A stretch of DNA of 64,000 nucleotides from Yuukianura sp. NJ FZ-2021 (lineage: Eukaryota). The notes beneath the pieces were generated by a model. The model ran no database searches. It was not told where the DNA came from and saw only the letters and a list, made by a program, of their open reading frames with translations. Positions 52,862-64,000 of this stretch are shown piece by piece (the stretch's first letter is position 1; every line of letters starts with the position of its first letter). The stretch is taken from the NCBI GenBank assembly GCA_046563655.1, contig CM102287.1:8432001-8496000 (forward strand), given 5' to 3'. A program made the position numbers and the translations under genes.

Positions 52862-55800
52862 TCAGTAGGGAACGTGTCTCTGGAAACCGCGTGGCGTTCC
52901 GCCCCTCTGCTTTCCAGCCACACCACCAATTCCTGGAATTTACACAAGTCCTCCTATTAAAAACCTGAGTCAGATCACCCCTTTCACACCAAACGATTAA
53001 ACTTAACTGTAAACAGTAAGCGTCAATGGGTGTATCTACCTCTTCCACGGGAGCTTCCAGCAGCTCCTCTTGATGAGGTCGTCTCGTATCCAGTCGTATC
53101 ATATCCATAGCTCGTATCGTATCCGCCATAACTTCCATAGTCGTAGCCACCATAGCTGGACGTTCCGTAGCCACCACCGTAGTAATCGTAGTAGCCTTTG
53201 GAAAGCAAATCAAAAGAACCAAATTAACAAATCATGCAAAAAATCATTAACTAAATCAAATTAAAGAATTTCTCAGACAAGGTTGGATGGTAAAGGTAAA
53301 AAGTTTCATCCAGAAATCAGAAGCAGAACTGAAGGTGTCATCAGCTTCGCAAGTATCCAGTACAACTTTGCAAGTATTTTGGAATTACCTCCTGTTCCAG
53401 TTCCATAGCCGCCTGAAGGTGATCCGTAATACCAGTCTCCACGACCACGGCTGGCACCGCGTCCGCTACTTCCGCGCGGTCCACCACGACTGCCTCGCAT
53501 TGGTGCTCCCATGGCATTCCAGCCCATCATGCCTCGTGAGGCTTGCGAAGGCTGTGCCTTCTTCACATCAACCTGGAGAAACACAAAACAAAACATTTAG
53601 TAATTAGATACTAGAACCGCCAATTTCTACTATCTTAATACATCGTGGAAAATATCAGACGAAATGGATGGTAATTGGTTATCAATCAAAGAGATCAGAA
53701 GCAGGACTGAAAGTTGTCATCATGTTGAAAAGAAAAAATACTTGGCAAGTTTGTCTTTAAGTACCTCCTTTCCACAAATCCTCTGCTTTGGAGTTTTCAG
53801 TAACTCATGGACGACTTGTTCATTGTCAAAGGTAACGAAACAGAATCCTTTCCTCTGATTCTTCAATTTGTCAATCGGCATTTCAAGCTCAATTACCTAA
53901 AAAATAACAGTCAGACATCAATTACTTGGTCAATCGATTATCAATATCCGCCAAAATCGAAAGCATATAATGTTATAACTCACATTTCCGAACTGGGAAA
54001 AGTAGTTCTTGATGTCATCGTCAGTAATCTCTTGAATTAGGCCTCCAACAAAGACCTTTCCAGTGCGTGCTTTGGCTTTCTTTGGATCAATTTTCTTTCC
54101 ATTGATCAAATGCTCACCCGCTGAAATAACCTGAAACACGAAAAGAAAGTAAATCATTAGACTCTTATCCAGGAAAAGTTGCGTGTTGCTGGAAGTATTT
54201 TTTTTCGTTTCAGAAACGTTTGGATGGTATGGTAAAAGATTTCTATCATTTGCTTCAGTAGCAGAACTGAAAGTGTTCATCATTTCATAAAACATCATAA
54301 TTTTGAAAACTTTTGTAAAAGATTTACGTACCTTATCAAGTGTGGCAGTATCATTGAAGACGATGAAAGCAAAACCTCTTGACCTACCGGATGCTGGATC
54401 AGTCTTGAGGGTGAGACTCTCAATGCCACCATATTTGGAGAAGTAATCTCGGAGATCCTCTGAATTAGTGACGAATTCGTAGTAGTTTCAACAGGATGGT
54501 TGTAAGTGTAAGCAGGAAGAATGATTTTTGGTTTCGTATTAAAAATCAAGAGATTTTTTGATTGATTCATTTGAACAAGTGACAACGACAAGTGAATTTT
54601 CAAGTTGGAGACGTGGATTTTGAAGATGAATTTGAAAATCAAAACAAAAATAGACAATACAGAGATTGATCAGAATTAAAAATTTGATTAAAAAACTTTG
54701 CATCCTTGGCAGTGTTCAGTTCATGAATTAATTTTTCTTGTCAAAAAATCCGATGAACCACCGCCAGGAGCAAAACCGTAATTAAAATTACAATTAAGTT
54801 TACAAATATTTGTAAGTGTAATTAATAAGAATAAAAAGTCAATTACTTTCTGTGGTTTCCCAACTTAAACCACCAATAAAGAGTTTCCTAAAATTGAGAA
54901 AAACAAATCAAACATTGCAAAAATTGAGAGTTAATCTTTTCAAGTGATCAGTTAATAAATTTGCGCAGCGGATATGCAAAAAGTTAACACTGAATTATCG
55001 TTCAATGCAAACGTTGTCCGAATTAAATGGTCTCAAGTATGCGAACAAGAGGTAAAAGAACCGAAACGTTTCAAGAGAAAAAGAAAGGACAAGGTTAGGT
55101 GAGGGAAGGAGGACATAGAAGAACATTGGTGAGGCGTGTCAATCGAGGTCAAGAGCTTCACCCAACCAAGATGTCTTCTCATGGATGCCCAGCGTGACAA
55201 AAAGAAAATCACTGAGCTCCTAAGAACCTGTAAAAGTGGGGAGAAAGGAAAATCCAATGTAGTCTCACGCTCAAGATCATCGCTTAGTTATAAAACGATC
55301 ATCTGATACTGACAAAATCAAGTGTCAGAGTCTCAGAGAAATGAAAAATAACGAATTTCGACAAGGAAAAATCGTTTACATACGTGACTTAGATTGAAAC
55401 ACTTTTTAAAAAATGGATCGAAAAAGGCACTTGGTTTGGACTTGACTGATGAAAGTTGGATATCCGATAACTTTTGAACATCAAATAAGTTGACTGGAAT
55501 CGGAATCCGAAAAGAGGATCGATCAAAGACAAAGAAAAAACGCAACTGAAACGTTGCCAGTTAGTTCACTTTCAAAAAAGAAAACGATGAATTTGACACG
55601 CGCAAAATTACGTTAGTAGCATTAGAACCAAATGTTGCACTAAATCGCTGCAAATTAACACTGAAAAAACTGAGTATTGAGTTACCTGTCGTCATCTTTT
55701 CCTGGCCCTGGAGCGTCTCCGCCACCATAGTGACCTCCTTGATGTCCTCCGCCACCATAATGGTTCCCAGAATCCATACCATCTCCGCCACCTCCCATTG

Positions 55801-55921
55801 AGTCATCGTGACCGTCTCCTCCATTCCCATACATATCGTCAGCGTTACTGTTCATTCTGTTATCTTCGGATCCAAAGCCACCATTAATAATATCGTCAGA
55901 AAAGTCTTCTTGATTGGACAT
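52862..55921 (-). CDS. sqd: Squid / hrp40 (hnRNP D/AB-type, two RRMs) with alternative C-termini
   Basis: Acidic/Gly N-terminus ending [90 protein letters not shown] and Y/G-rich tail, terminal exon GKQRGG..QRHVPY. Confidence 0.95.
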
Positions 55922-56429
55922 CGAGCTGAAAGGAACCAGACCAATACATTCAGTCAATTTCCAGTTGGTCTGATCGCGATCACACAAAACATAATGACTG
56001 TCTAAGCGTTGGGATAAAACCGCACACATCTATCGTAAACGTAATGTACTTGACCTTAAAAGAGCGACCTTATATGCATGACGTAACCTTAAAGTAAAAA
56101 GAACATTACCTTTAGACACGTCAACCAATACCCAACGTTGGCTTTGTCCAGACAGATGAGATGACCTGAATTTGTGAAATTGAGATTGAATTGAATTGAG
56201 ATGCCGGATGAACGAATGGCGGAGTGTTCTTTGCACGCTGAAGAAAGATGATGAAGAAAATACAAAACTGAAGATGATGAATATGATGATGATCGTATCC
56301 GCGGAAGCCGCAGCTTGAAGCTGAAACTGGTGATGATCCAATCGAATGCATGGACTGACTGAAGTGCAGACCGAACTGTTTTCACACCTCGATTCATTAT
56401 TCTAAAATACACCCAACTCCTTAGGAGCA

Positions 56430-56620
56430 AGTGCGAACGGAACAGGGCCCATCCTATGCATGTGCTAAATGCATTGTCCGTCCATACTCGAGCAGCGTGA
56501 AGTTTAGAAATGCAAAACAACGCTACTCTATAAGGGGCGGAGACGTAGAACAAAACAACAACAAAACACAGCCGTTAAATCTGGTGGCGGAAATTCTACT
56601 GGTGCGGCAGTTCCGACCGT
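56430..56620 (-). promoter_or_regulatory. Probable squid promoter region
   Basis: GC-box GGGGCGGAG at ~56534, upstream of a non-coding exon ending in AAG|gtaatg near 56107; position inferred. Confidence 0.35.
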
Positions 56621-57329
56621 CTCAAATTTTGCAAACTTTTAATAACTTACGAATCTGCGTAATTTATAACTTACCGTGTGGTCATCTGCTAACTATTAAA
56701 CGTTTTCTCCTGACCCCTTTTTTTCCCATTCAATTACAAGAGAAAAAAACGCTGGATACTGGAGCGTATAAGCAATACCTCAGGGAGAAATTTTAGGTAT
56801 TGCGGTAATTAGCATTCAAAATTTAGCAATATCTCATGAAAATGAAATTTTAGGTGTTCACTAGGCTTAGGCTTAGGCACTTAATTTTAATTTTAGCTAC
56901 GAACAACGAGCTAAATCGAATGGATGGTCGCAGCTAGTACGTACCGCTTAATTTTGACTAGAACGAGTGAAGGATTGAACGGGCCTAGTGTGGGCGTTGA
57001 TGTCAATACAAATGGTGCCGCGCCGTACTTATTACACATATGTGCATTGCTAATCGCATCTGCGTAGTCTCAGAGTCTGAGTGATAGGCATGTCTATGTA
57101 GTATAGAGCTAGTCAGTGCACCCGTCGTCGTAATATTCGTTACCCGCGAGTTTTCAAGCCCATATCTTGGAGGAGCACATTTTTGTTTTTGGGTACCCAC
57201 CCGGTATCTCTTTCATATGAGGGGAGATCGACTGCTTTTCAACGCGATTTGCTGCAAGCTTTTTTTTAAAAAACACAATTAAATTTCCTTGCAGAAAATC
57301 AAAACGAACATTTTATGCAAGTTTTTTTC

Positions 57330-57512
57330 TTGCAGAAATCGAGACGTTGTTATAAGAAGCTTGCAGAAAATCGAGGAGCTGTTATAAGAAGCTTGCGAAG
57401 AATCGAAGCGCTGTTATAAGAAGCTTGCGGAGAATCGAGCCGAGGTTATAAAAAGCTTGCGAAGAATCGAGCCGCTGTTATAGGAAACTTGCGGAGAATC
57501 GAGACGTTGTTA
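57330..57512 (+). repeat. 32-bp subterminal tandem repeats of the left TIR (~6 copies; inverted copies at ~59885-60015)
   Basis: GTTA(T/A)A starts at 57349, 57381, 57413, 57445, 57477 and 57509, an exact 32-nt period. Confidence 0.9.
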
Positions 57513-57619
57513 AAACGCGATTTGCTGCAAGCTTTTAAGATTTTACGACAGCTGAATTCAAGTTAAATTCCTTGCAGAAAAGTAAAACGAAAAGTTATAT
57601 TTTGTCTATAATTTTTGTC

Positions 57620-59882
57620 ACGTCAAAAAGTTAGAGAACAGGTCAATTTTTCACGAGACCAACATTTCAACACGGTAGAGTACGCGTGAATCCTCGGCAA
57701 GGCAAATACATCCAAAACTTGAATTTCAGCTGAATTTTTCAAAATTCCAAATCCTCAAAAAGTAAGTGTACAAGTGAATTTTTAAAAATTTGGACACGTC
57801 AAAAAGTTAGAGAACAGGTCAATTTTTCACGAGACCAACATTTCAACACGGTAGAGTACGAGACGTGAATCCTCGGCAAAAAATACATCCAAAACTTGAA
57901 TTTTACGACAGCTGAATTTTTCCCAAAATTCCAAATCCTCAAAAGGTAAGTGTACAAGTGAATTTTGTCTAAAAATTTGGACACGTCAAAAAGTTAGAGA
58001 ACAGGTCAATTTTTCACGAGACCAACATTTCAACACGGTAGAGTACGCGTGAATCCTCGGCAAGGCAAACACATCCAACACTTGAATTTCAGCTGAATTT
58101 TTCAAAATTCCAAATCCTCAAAAAGTAAGTGTACAAGTGAATTTTTAAAAATTTGGACACGTCAAAAAGTTAGAGAACAGGTCAATTTTTCACGAGACCA
58201 ACATTTCAACACGGTAGAGTACGCGTGAATCCTCGGCAAGGCAAATACATCCAAAACTTGAATTTCAGCTGAATTTTTCAAAATTCCAAATCCTCAAAAA
58301 GTAAGTGTACAAGTGAATTTTTAAAAATTTGGACACGTCAAAAAGTTAGAGAACAGGTCAATTTTTCACGAGACCAACATTTCAACACGGTAGAGTACGC
58401 GTGAATCCTCGGCAAGGCAAATACATCCAAAACTTGAATTTCAGCTGAATTTTTCAAAATTTAAAAACCTCAAAAGGTAAGTGTACAAGTGAATTTTTAA
58501 AAATTTGGACACGTCAAAAAGTTAGAGAACAGGTCAATTTTTCACGAGACCAACATTTCAACACGGTAGAGTACGCGTGAATCCTCGGCAAGGCAAATAC
58601 ATCCAAAACTTGAATTTCAGCTGAATTTTTCAAAATTCCAAATCCTCAAAAAGTAAGTGTACAAGTGAATTTTTAAAAATTTGGACACGTCAAAAAGTTA
58701 GAGAACAGGTCAATTTTTCACGAGACCAACATTTCAACACGGTAGAGTACGCGTGAATCCTCGGCAAGGCAAATACATCCAAAACTTGAATTTCAGCTGA
58801 ATTTTTCAAAATTCCAAATCCTCAAAAGGTAAGTGTACAAGTGAATTTTTAAAAATTTGGACACGTCAAAAAGTTAGAGAACAGGTCAATTTTTCACGAG
58901 ACCAACATTTCAACACGGTAGAGTACGCGTGAATCCTCGGCAAGGCAAATACATCCAAAACTTGAATTTCAGCTGAATTTTTCAAAATTCCAAATCCTCA
59001 AAAAGTAAGTGTACAAGTGAATTTTTAAAAATTTGGACACGTCAAAAAGTTAGAGAACAGGTCAATTTTTCACGAGACCAACATTTCAACACGGTAGAGT
59101 ACGCGTGAATCCTCGGCAAGGCAAATACATCCAAAACTTGAATTTCAGCTGAATTTTTCAAAATTCCAAATCCTCAAAAGGTAAGTGTACAAGTGAATTT
59201 TTAAAAATTTGGACACGTCAAAAAGTTAGAGAACAGGTCAATTTTTCACGAGACCAACATTTCAACACGGTAGAGTACGCGTGAATCCTCGGCAAGGCAA
59301 ATACATCCAAAACTTGAATTTCAGCTGAATTTTTCAAAATTCCAAATCCTCAAAAGGTAAGTGTACAAGTGAATTTTTAAAAATTTGGACACGTCAAAAA
59401 GTTAGAGAACAGGTCAATTTTTCACGAGACCAACATTTCAACACGGTAGAGTACGCGTGAATCCTCGGCAAGGCAAATACATCCAAAACTTGAATTTCAG
59501 CTGAATTTTTCAAAATTCCAAATCCTCAAAAGGTAAGTGTACAAGTGAATTTTTAAAAATTTGGACACGTCAAAAAGTTAGAGAACAGGTCAATTTTTCA
59601 CGAGACCAACATTTCAACACGGTAGAGTACGCGTGAATCCTCGGCAAGGCAAACACATCCAACACTTGAATTTCAGCTGAATTTTTCAAAATTCCAAATC
59701 CTCAAAAAGTAAGTGTACAAGTGAATTTTTAAAAATTTGGACACGTCAAAAAGTTAGAGAACAGGTCAATTTTTCACGAGACCAACATTTCAACACCGTA
59801 GAGTACGCGTGAATCCTCGGCAAGGCAAATATATCCAAAAGTTGAATTTCAGCTGAATTTTTCAAAATTCCAATTCCTCAAA
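57620..59882. repeat. 176-bp tandem satellite, ~12.8 copies
   Basis: GTCAAAAAGTTAGAGAACAGG starts at 57622, 57798, 57985, 58161, 58337, 58513, 58689, 58865, 59041, 59217, 59393, 59569 and 59745 (period 176; unit 2 is 187). Confidence 0.98.
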
Positions 59883-60274
59883 TTTTTCGCATGTTTCTTA
59901 TAACAACGCATCGATTTTCCGCAAGCTTTTTATAACAACATCTGGATTTTCCGCATGTTTCTTATAACAACGGCTGGATTTTGCACAAACTTCTTATAAC
60001 AACGCCTCCGTTCTCTGCAAGAAAAAAGCTTGCAGAAATGCAGAAAATGTTCGTCCCTATTTGCTGCAAGGAATTTTTGCTTGCGTTTTTTAAAAAAATC
60101 TTGCAGCAAATCGTATTGAAAAGCAGTCGATCTCCCCTCATACTTTCACCCCTCCCCCCCCCCCCGGCGCATGTGCTTGCATTGCTTGCATGCATTCTCA
60201 GCTGTTTGGCAATGAGAATTATGACAAGTTTATTTCAATGAATTTACGTTACAAATAGTAAATAGTGTAATAGG

Positions 60275-60297
60275 TAATAATAATAATAATAATAATA
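60275..60297. repeat. (TAA)n microsatellite
   Basis: taataataataataataataata. Confidence 0.85.
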
Positions 60298-60678
60298 CAA
60301 TAATTCATAATTAGCTAAGGCTGGAAATGTGACAGATCACCCGCCATCATACACCGGGCACATCAAGGATTGTGTAAAATCGGGTAAGAAAGTTAGAGAA
60401 AGAGAATTGATTTTGATTTGTAAAGCACTAGAGACTAGAGTAAAGTTCGTTTTTCTCTTGCTATGCTATTTACTAGGTTACGTTTACACTGTTTTGGTTC
60501 AAAACTTCTGAAGTCGAGGTTGGAATTGGATATCGCGGCGCTACACAAGTAAGTAAATAACAGGCCCCGTACAAGTTACATTCCAGTAAATGATGTTCAA
60601 GAGAGCATTAATTCTCATTATACCACACAAATCCATAACAGGTCAACTGGAAAATCCCGAAAGGGAAAGAAACTGGTA

Positions 60679-63352
60679 ATGGATAGCAGCGAAGGAAGCG
60701 AAGATGAATTCGAGCAATTTCAAACAACTGATGCCAATACTGTAGATGAAAAGAATCACAACACACTTATCCAGTCCTTGAAGTCTTCAATAAAAACAAA
60801 GCGGTACCAACCAACACAGCAAAAGGGAAAGAACCGGAGCTTTTCAGTTTCTAATATGTTGTGTTTCGGTTCTTAGGACGCGTTTTGCTGAAGATGAGGA
60901 CGAACCGGATATCCTTGACGCCAAGGGCAGATTGGTGCTCAAACCCATTGTTGGAGAATCGATGCAGGACTTTCTGGATCTTTTCGACGACAACGATAAA
61001 GATGTTCTGAAACAAGTCAAGGCCGCCATCAGCACCACTAAACCGAAAAAGAAAAAGGCAAAGAAAGGGGACGTCGACACTATTATAAATGCTTCGTCGC
61101 TAACAACAAGCCTGGAGAAGCCCGCCGCCCAACGTGTGAGTTTGAAACGCTGAAGGTTTTAACGATTCTTGTCGTTTTAACGCTAATATTTTAACATTTA
61201 CCAAAATAGATCCAACGAGAAATTCTTTATAACAATGCCAACAAGGAAGTAAGCAAATGGAACTCAGTTGTGTACAAAAACCGTGTTGCCGATCAACTAA
61301 TATTTCCACTGCTAGAAGAGAAGAAGATAAGCAAAAAAGATTCTAGGAATAACGTTGAAGATACTTTTGTGGTGAGTCTTAAAAACCTTGACATTTATAT
61401 TTTACCCAGTGCTGATTCAGTCTTCCTTTGCAGCCTATGACCCCACTGGAACTGGAAATGTCCAAAATCATTCATGGCGAAGGTTATGCAGAGCAGCAAC
61501 GAGCAAAAGTTTTGGGCAAGAAAGAAACCGCTGACGACGGAGACATCTACGTTCGAACTGTAGAAGAAGCTCTTGAGCGCCACCATGAACTGGCCAGACT
61601 TCGTGCAATGCAGTCCTACGAAATGGCCAAAGCCAAACGTCAAGGGAAAATCAAAAGCAAAAAGTATCATCGCCTTCAGCGTCGAGAGAAGATTCGAAAA
61701 CAGATGAAGGAGTTTGAAGAGCTCCAGAAGACGGATCCGGAAGCTGCGCTTTTGAAACTGGAAGAATTGGATCGAGCTCGAGTTGAAGAACGCATGAGTC
61801 TCAAGCATAGAAATACTTCAAAATGGGCCAAAGCTCAAACTGTGAGGGCAAAGTATAACCGAGAGAGTCGAGCCGAACTTTCAGAACAACTAAAGATCAG
61901 CAGAGAGTTGACAAGGAAGGTCGCTGTAAGTTTTTTGAAGCTGATTTCGATCATCGCCTAATCCAAGCTTATGTTAACTATTGTGTTAACTATATATTTT
62001 AGGAATCTAGCGACGAGTCGGATCCGGATGACATTGACTTGGAGCTTCCCGCTCTTGTCAAATCATCGCTTGACAACCCTTGGTGTTTGACAGATTCGGT
62101 GAAGGATAACGACAAGGTCAACATGTACTACACTGGCTACAAGAAGTTTTGGGACGACGTCAACGAACGGAAGGAACGTGAACGTAGAAGACTTGAGAGA
62201 GAGGAAGCTCGTCAATTAGCGGAAAAGAAGGCTAAGCAGGAACTTCGAGAAAAACGCAAGGCCGAGCGTCTAGCGGAAGTTGCAAACGAGGACTTAGCGG
62301 AAGAAGTTGAAATTATTGCTACCGTAGCTTCTCCCAAGAAGAAGAAAAAGAACAAAGGCAAGAAGAAACCAGTAGTTCCAGCAACTCCGTTGGTGTCTGC
62401 CAATGATGTTCCCCAAGAAATGAGTGTAGACGACTTGGACGAATTGATGACCTTGGCCAACCAAAAGTTACAACAAAAGTTAACTAAGGAAGTGAAACGC
62501 CTCAATAACAAGAAGCAGCCGACAACTCCGATACAAACCGAAACGGAATCCGAAAGAAGCCGAAGACTTCGAAACCAAGATGGCGACATTGACGAAATCC
62601 GTGACCTTGTCGTTGACGAACAAGAAGTTAACTTTGAAGGAAACAATCCAGACGAAGCTCCTCAGAATGTTACTGTCACTCCACAAAATGCAAATACTGA
62701 AGAAACTAGCAAGGCCAAGCCTCCGCCAGCACAAAAGATCATCGATCCTACACACTTTTTAGAAATCAAGAAATCAACCAAGTTTGATATGCGAGATGCC
62801 CATGCTGATATGGACTCCGACAATGAAATCCTACCAGAAGATGAAGACGACGAAGAACGAGAGCATCTGAAGATGATTGCTGAAGCATTTGAAGATGAAG
62901 ATTTGTTGAATGATTTTGAACGGCGAAAAGGCGAAGAAATTGAAGCTGGAAAACCGAAGGACATCAACTTAACACTGCCAGGATGGGGTGAATGGGGTGG
63001 CAAGGATCGTAAACCATCAAAATCGAAACAAAAACGATTTACCAAGAAAGCACCTAAGCCACGCCCCCGTAAAGATGCTGCTCTTCCGCATGTCATTTTA
63101 AATGAAAATGCTAATGCAAAAATCCGGGAGCATCAGGTCAAAAGTCTTCCATTTCCGTTTACACGGGTAGCCGATTATGAGAAAATGGTGAGAGCTCCAA
63201 TTGGTCGTACTTGGATGCCAGAAAAAGCAATGAAGGACCTCATTGCTCCTAAAGTGGTTACTCGTCTGGGACAAGCGATTGCACCAATCAGCGATTCTGT
63301 TCTGTTCAAACCGCGGAATCAGAAGTCCAAGACGCTGAAACTCATCAAGTAG
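60679..63352 (+). CDS. UTP14: U3 snoRNA-associated protein 14 homolog, 5 exons
   Basis: KEVSKWNSVVYKNRVADQLIFPL, ELARLRAMQSYEMAKAKRQGKIKSKKYHR, RARVEERMSLKHRNTSKWAK, LTLPGWGEWGG, LPFPFT..DYE..RAPIGRTW, PKVVTRLGQAIAPI. Confidence 0.96.
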
Positions 63353-63768
63353 AACGTTAGAGTTTAGATTCTAAAGTTTAGAATTGACGAATTCCTGAGT
63401 ACACAGTGGCGATATGTTATGGAAAGTGACGATTTAATTTCATTTCCACGGATATCCATCATCAGTCTAGAAATGAAATAAATAAAAAGGTACATTTTCT
63501 ATAATATGTAATATGTTTTTAAGTAATGATTGTAAAACAGAGGGATATGTGATGAGTCTATTTTGTAAATCGGAAGTTCCAACCCTCTGGATCCACAAGT
63601 GGAAGGTCATCAATGGAATGTAACGTTGATTGTTTCTGGTGATATTTTGGATTGTTCGCGAGTCTTTAGTTAAGGATGACGCCGTCGTTGTCGTGTCGCG
63701 TTTAAGTATTAAGTAATAAGTTACGGGTTGTTGCAAGTACGATGTTGATTGAGTTTCCAGTGCTTCAC

Positions 63769-64000
63769 TTATTGAGCTTGCCCTGTACAAACACAATGCA
63801 GTACGAAAGTGGTTTTTAGTGCTTTACGTAAGGATTCTGTATAACTGACAGTTTGAAAAAACTTACATTTGAATTTCGATTCCATAATCCATTCTTGTGC
63901 AGCAGTTCCATCACATTGTGCCAAAACTGGGTTGGTCAAGTCATCCGTCAAGGCTTTGCTGAGACACTTTCCACTCGACATGTGCTTGAGCGTGCGTGTT
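63769..64000 (-). CDS. 3' end of a polypeptide N-acetylgalactosaminyltransferase (ricin-B lectin C-terminus, pgant5-like); partial
   Basis: TLKHMSSGKCLS...PVLAQCDGTAAQEWIMESKFK, spliced (T|gtaagt at 63867; cag|GG at 63782) to WQAQ*; QxW ricin motif. Confidence 0.75.
   Translation of the reverse strand, partial: TRTLKHMSSGKCLSKALTDDLTNPVLAQCDGTAAQEWIMESKFKCKFFQTVSYTESLRKALKTTFVLHCVCTGQAQ

Larger units (their letters stand above)
57216..60142. mobile_element. Non-autonomous foldback/MITE-type DNA transposon with long imperfect TIRs and an internal satellite array
   Basis: The first 27 nt TATGAGGGGAGATCGACTGCTTTTCAA are exactly inverted at 60116-60142; similarity continues ~260-300 nt inward, including 32-bp subrepeats. 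Flanked by the direct repeat CTTTCA (57210-57215 and 60143-60148). No transposase ORF. Confidence 0.92.

Noticed and set aside
54707..54728. TGGCAGTGT on + resembles the miR-34 5' end
   Set aside because: The rest does not match miR-34 (no GUUAGCUGG) and the stem pairs better on the opposite strand; kept only as a generic hairpin.
57330..59882. CRISPR-like regular repeats (32-bp and 176-bp)
   Set aside because: Units are head-to-tail with no unique spacers, there are no cas genes, and the context is eukaryotic.
62212..63096. Antisense ORFs over UTP14 (similar ones over RFC3 and FAH)
   Set aside because: Shadow ORFs of real coding exons with no independent features.

Overview
Gene-dense, intron-rich, AT-rich eukaryotic DNA, most likely from a compact-genome arthropod (pHCl-type channel, ITG/prohormone-3 precursor, Squid-type hnRNP; many introns 55-110 nt). 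By reading splice sites by hand I can reconstruct 12 complete protein-coding genes: RFC3, MRPL46, hnRNP A/Hrb87F-like, RSU1, pHCl, FAH, ITG-like/prohormone-3, ERICH2-like, AGMO, SPARC, squid/hnRNP D and UTP14. There is also the 3' end of a GalNAc-transferase and a probable spliced 5' leader of an unidentified minus-strand gene at the left edge. The most notable non-genic features are: (1) a 2.9-kb foldback-type non-autonomous DNA element with long inverted repeats containing 32-bp subrepeats, carrying ~12.8 near-identical 176-bp satellite units, inserted between the divergent squid and UTP14 starts; (2) apparently ~10-bp-phased An/Tn clusters resembling nematode PATCs, present in some domains and absent from the housekeeping clusters; (3) five exact copies of the nuclear-receptor DR1 13-mer AGGTCAAAGGTCA, four of them in introns near a donor; (4) candidate autoregulatory RNA-processing features in both hnRNP genes. 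No tRNA, rRNA, CRISPR array or transposase ORF was found. All gene identities rest on motif recall, not database searches, and the periodicity is judged by eye.
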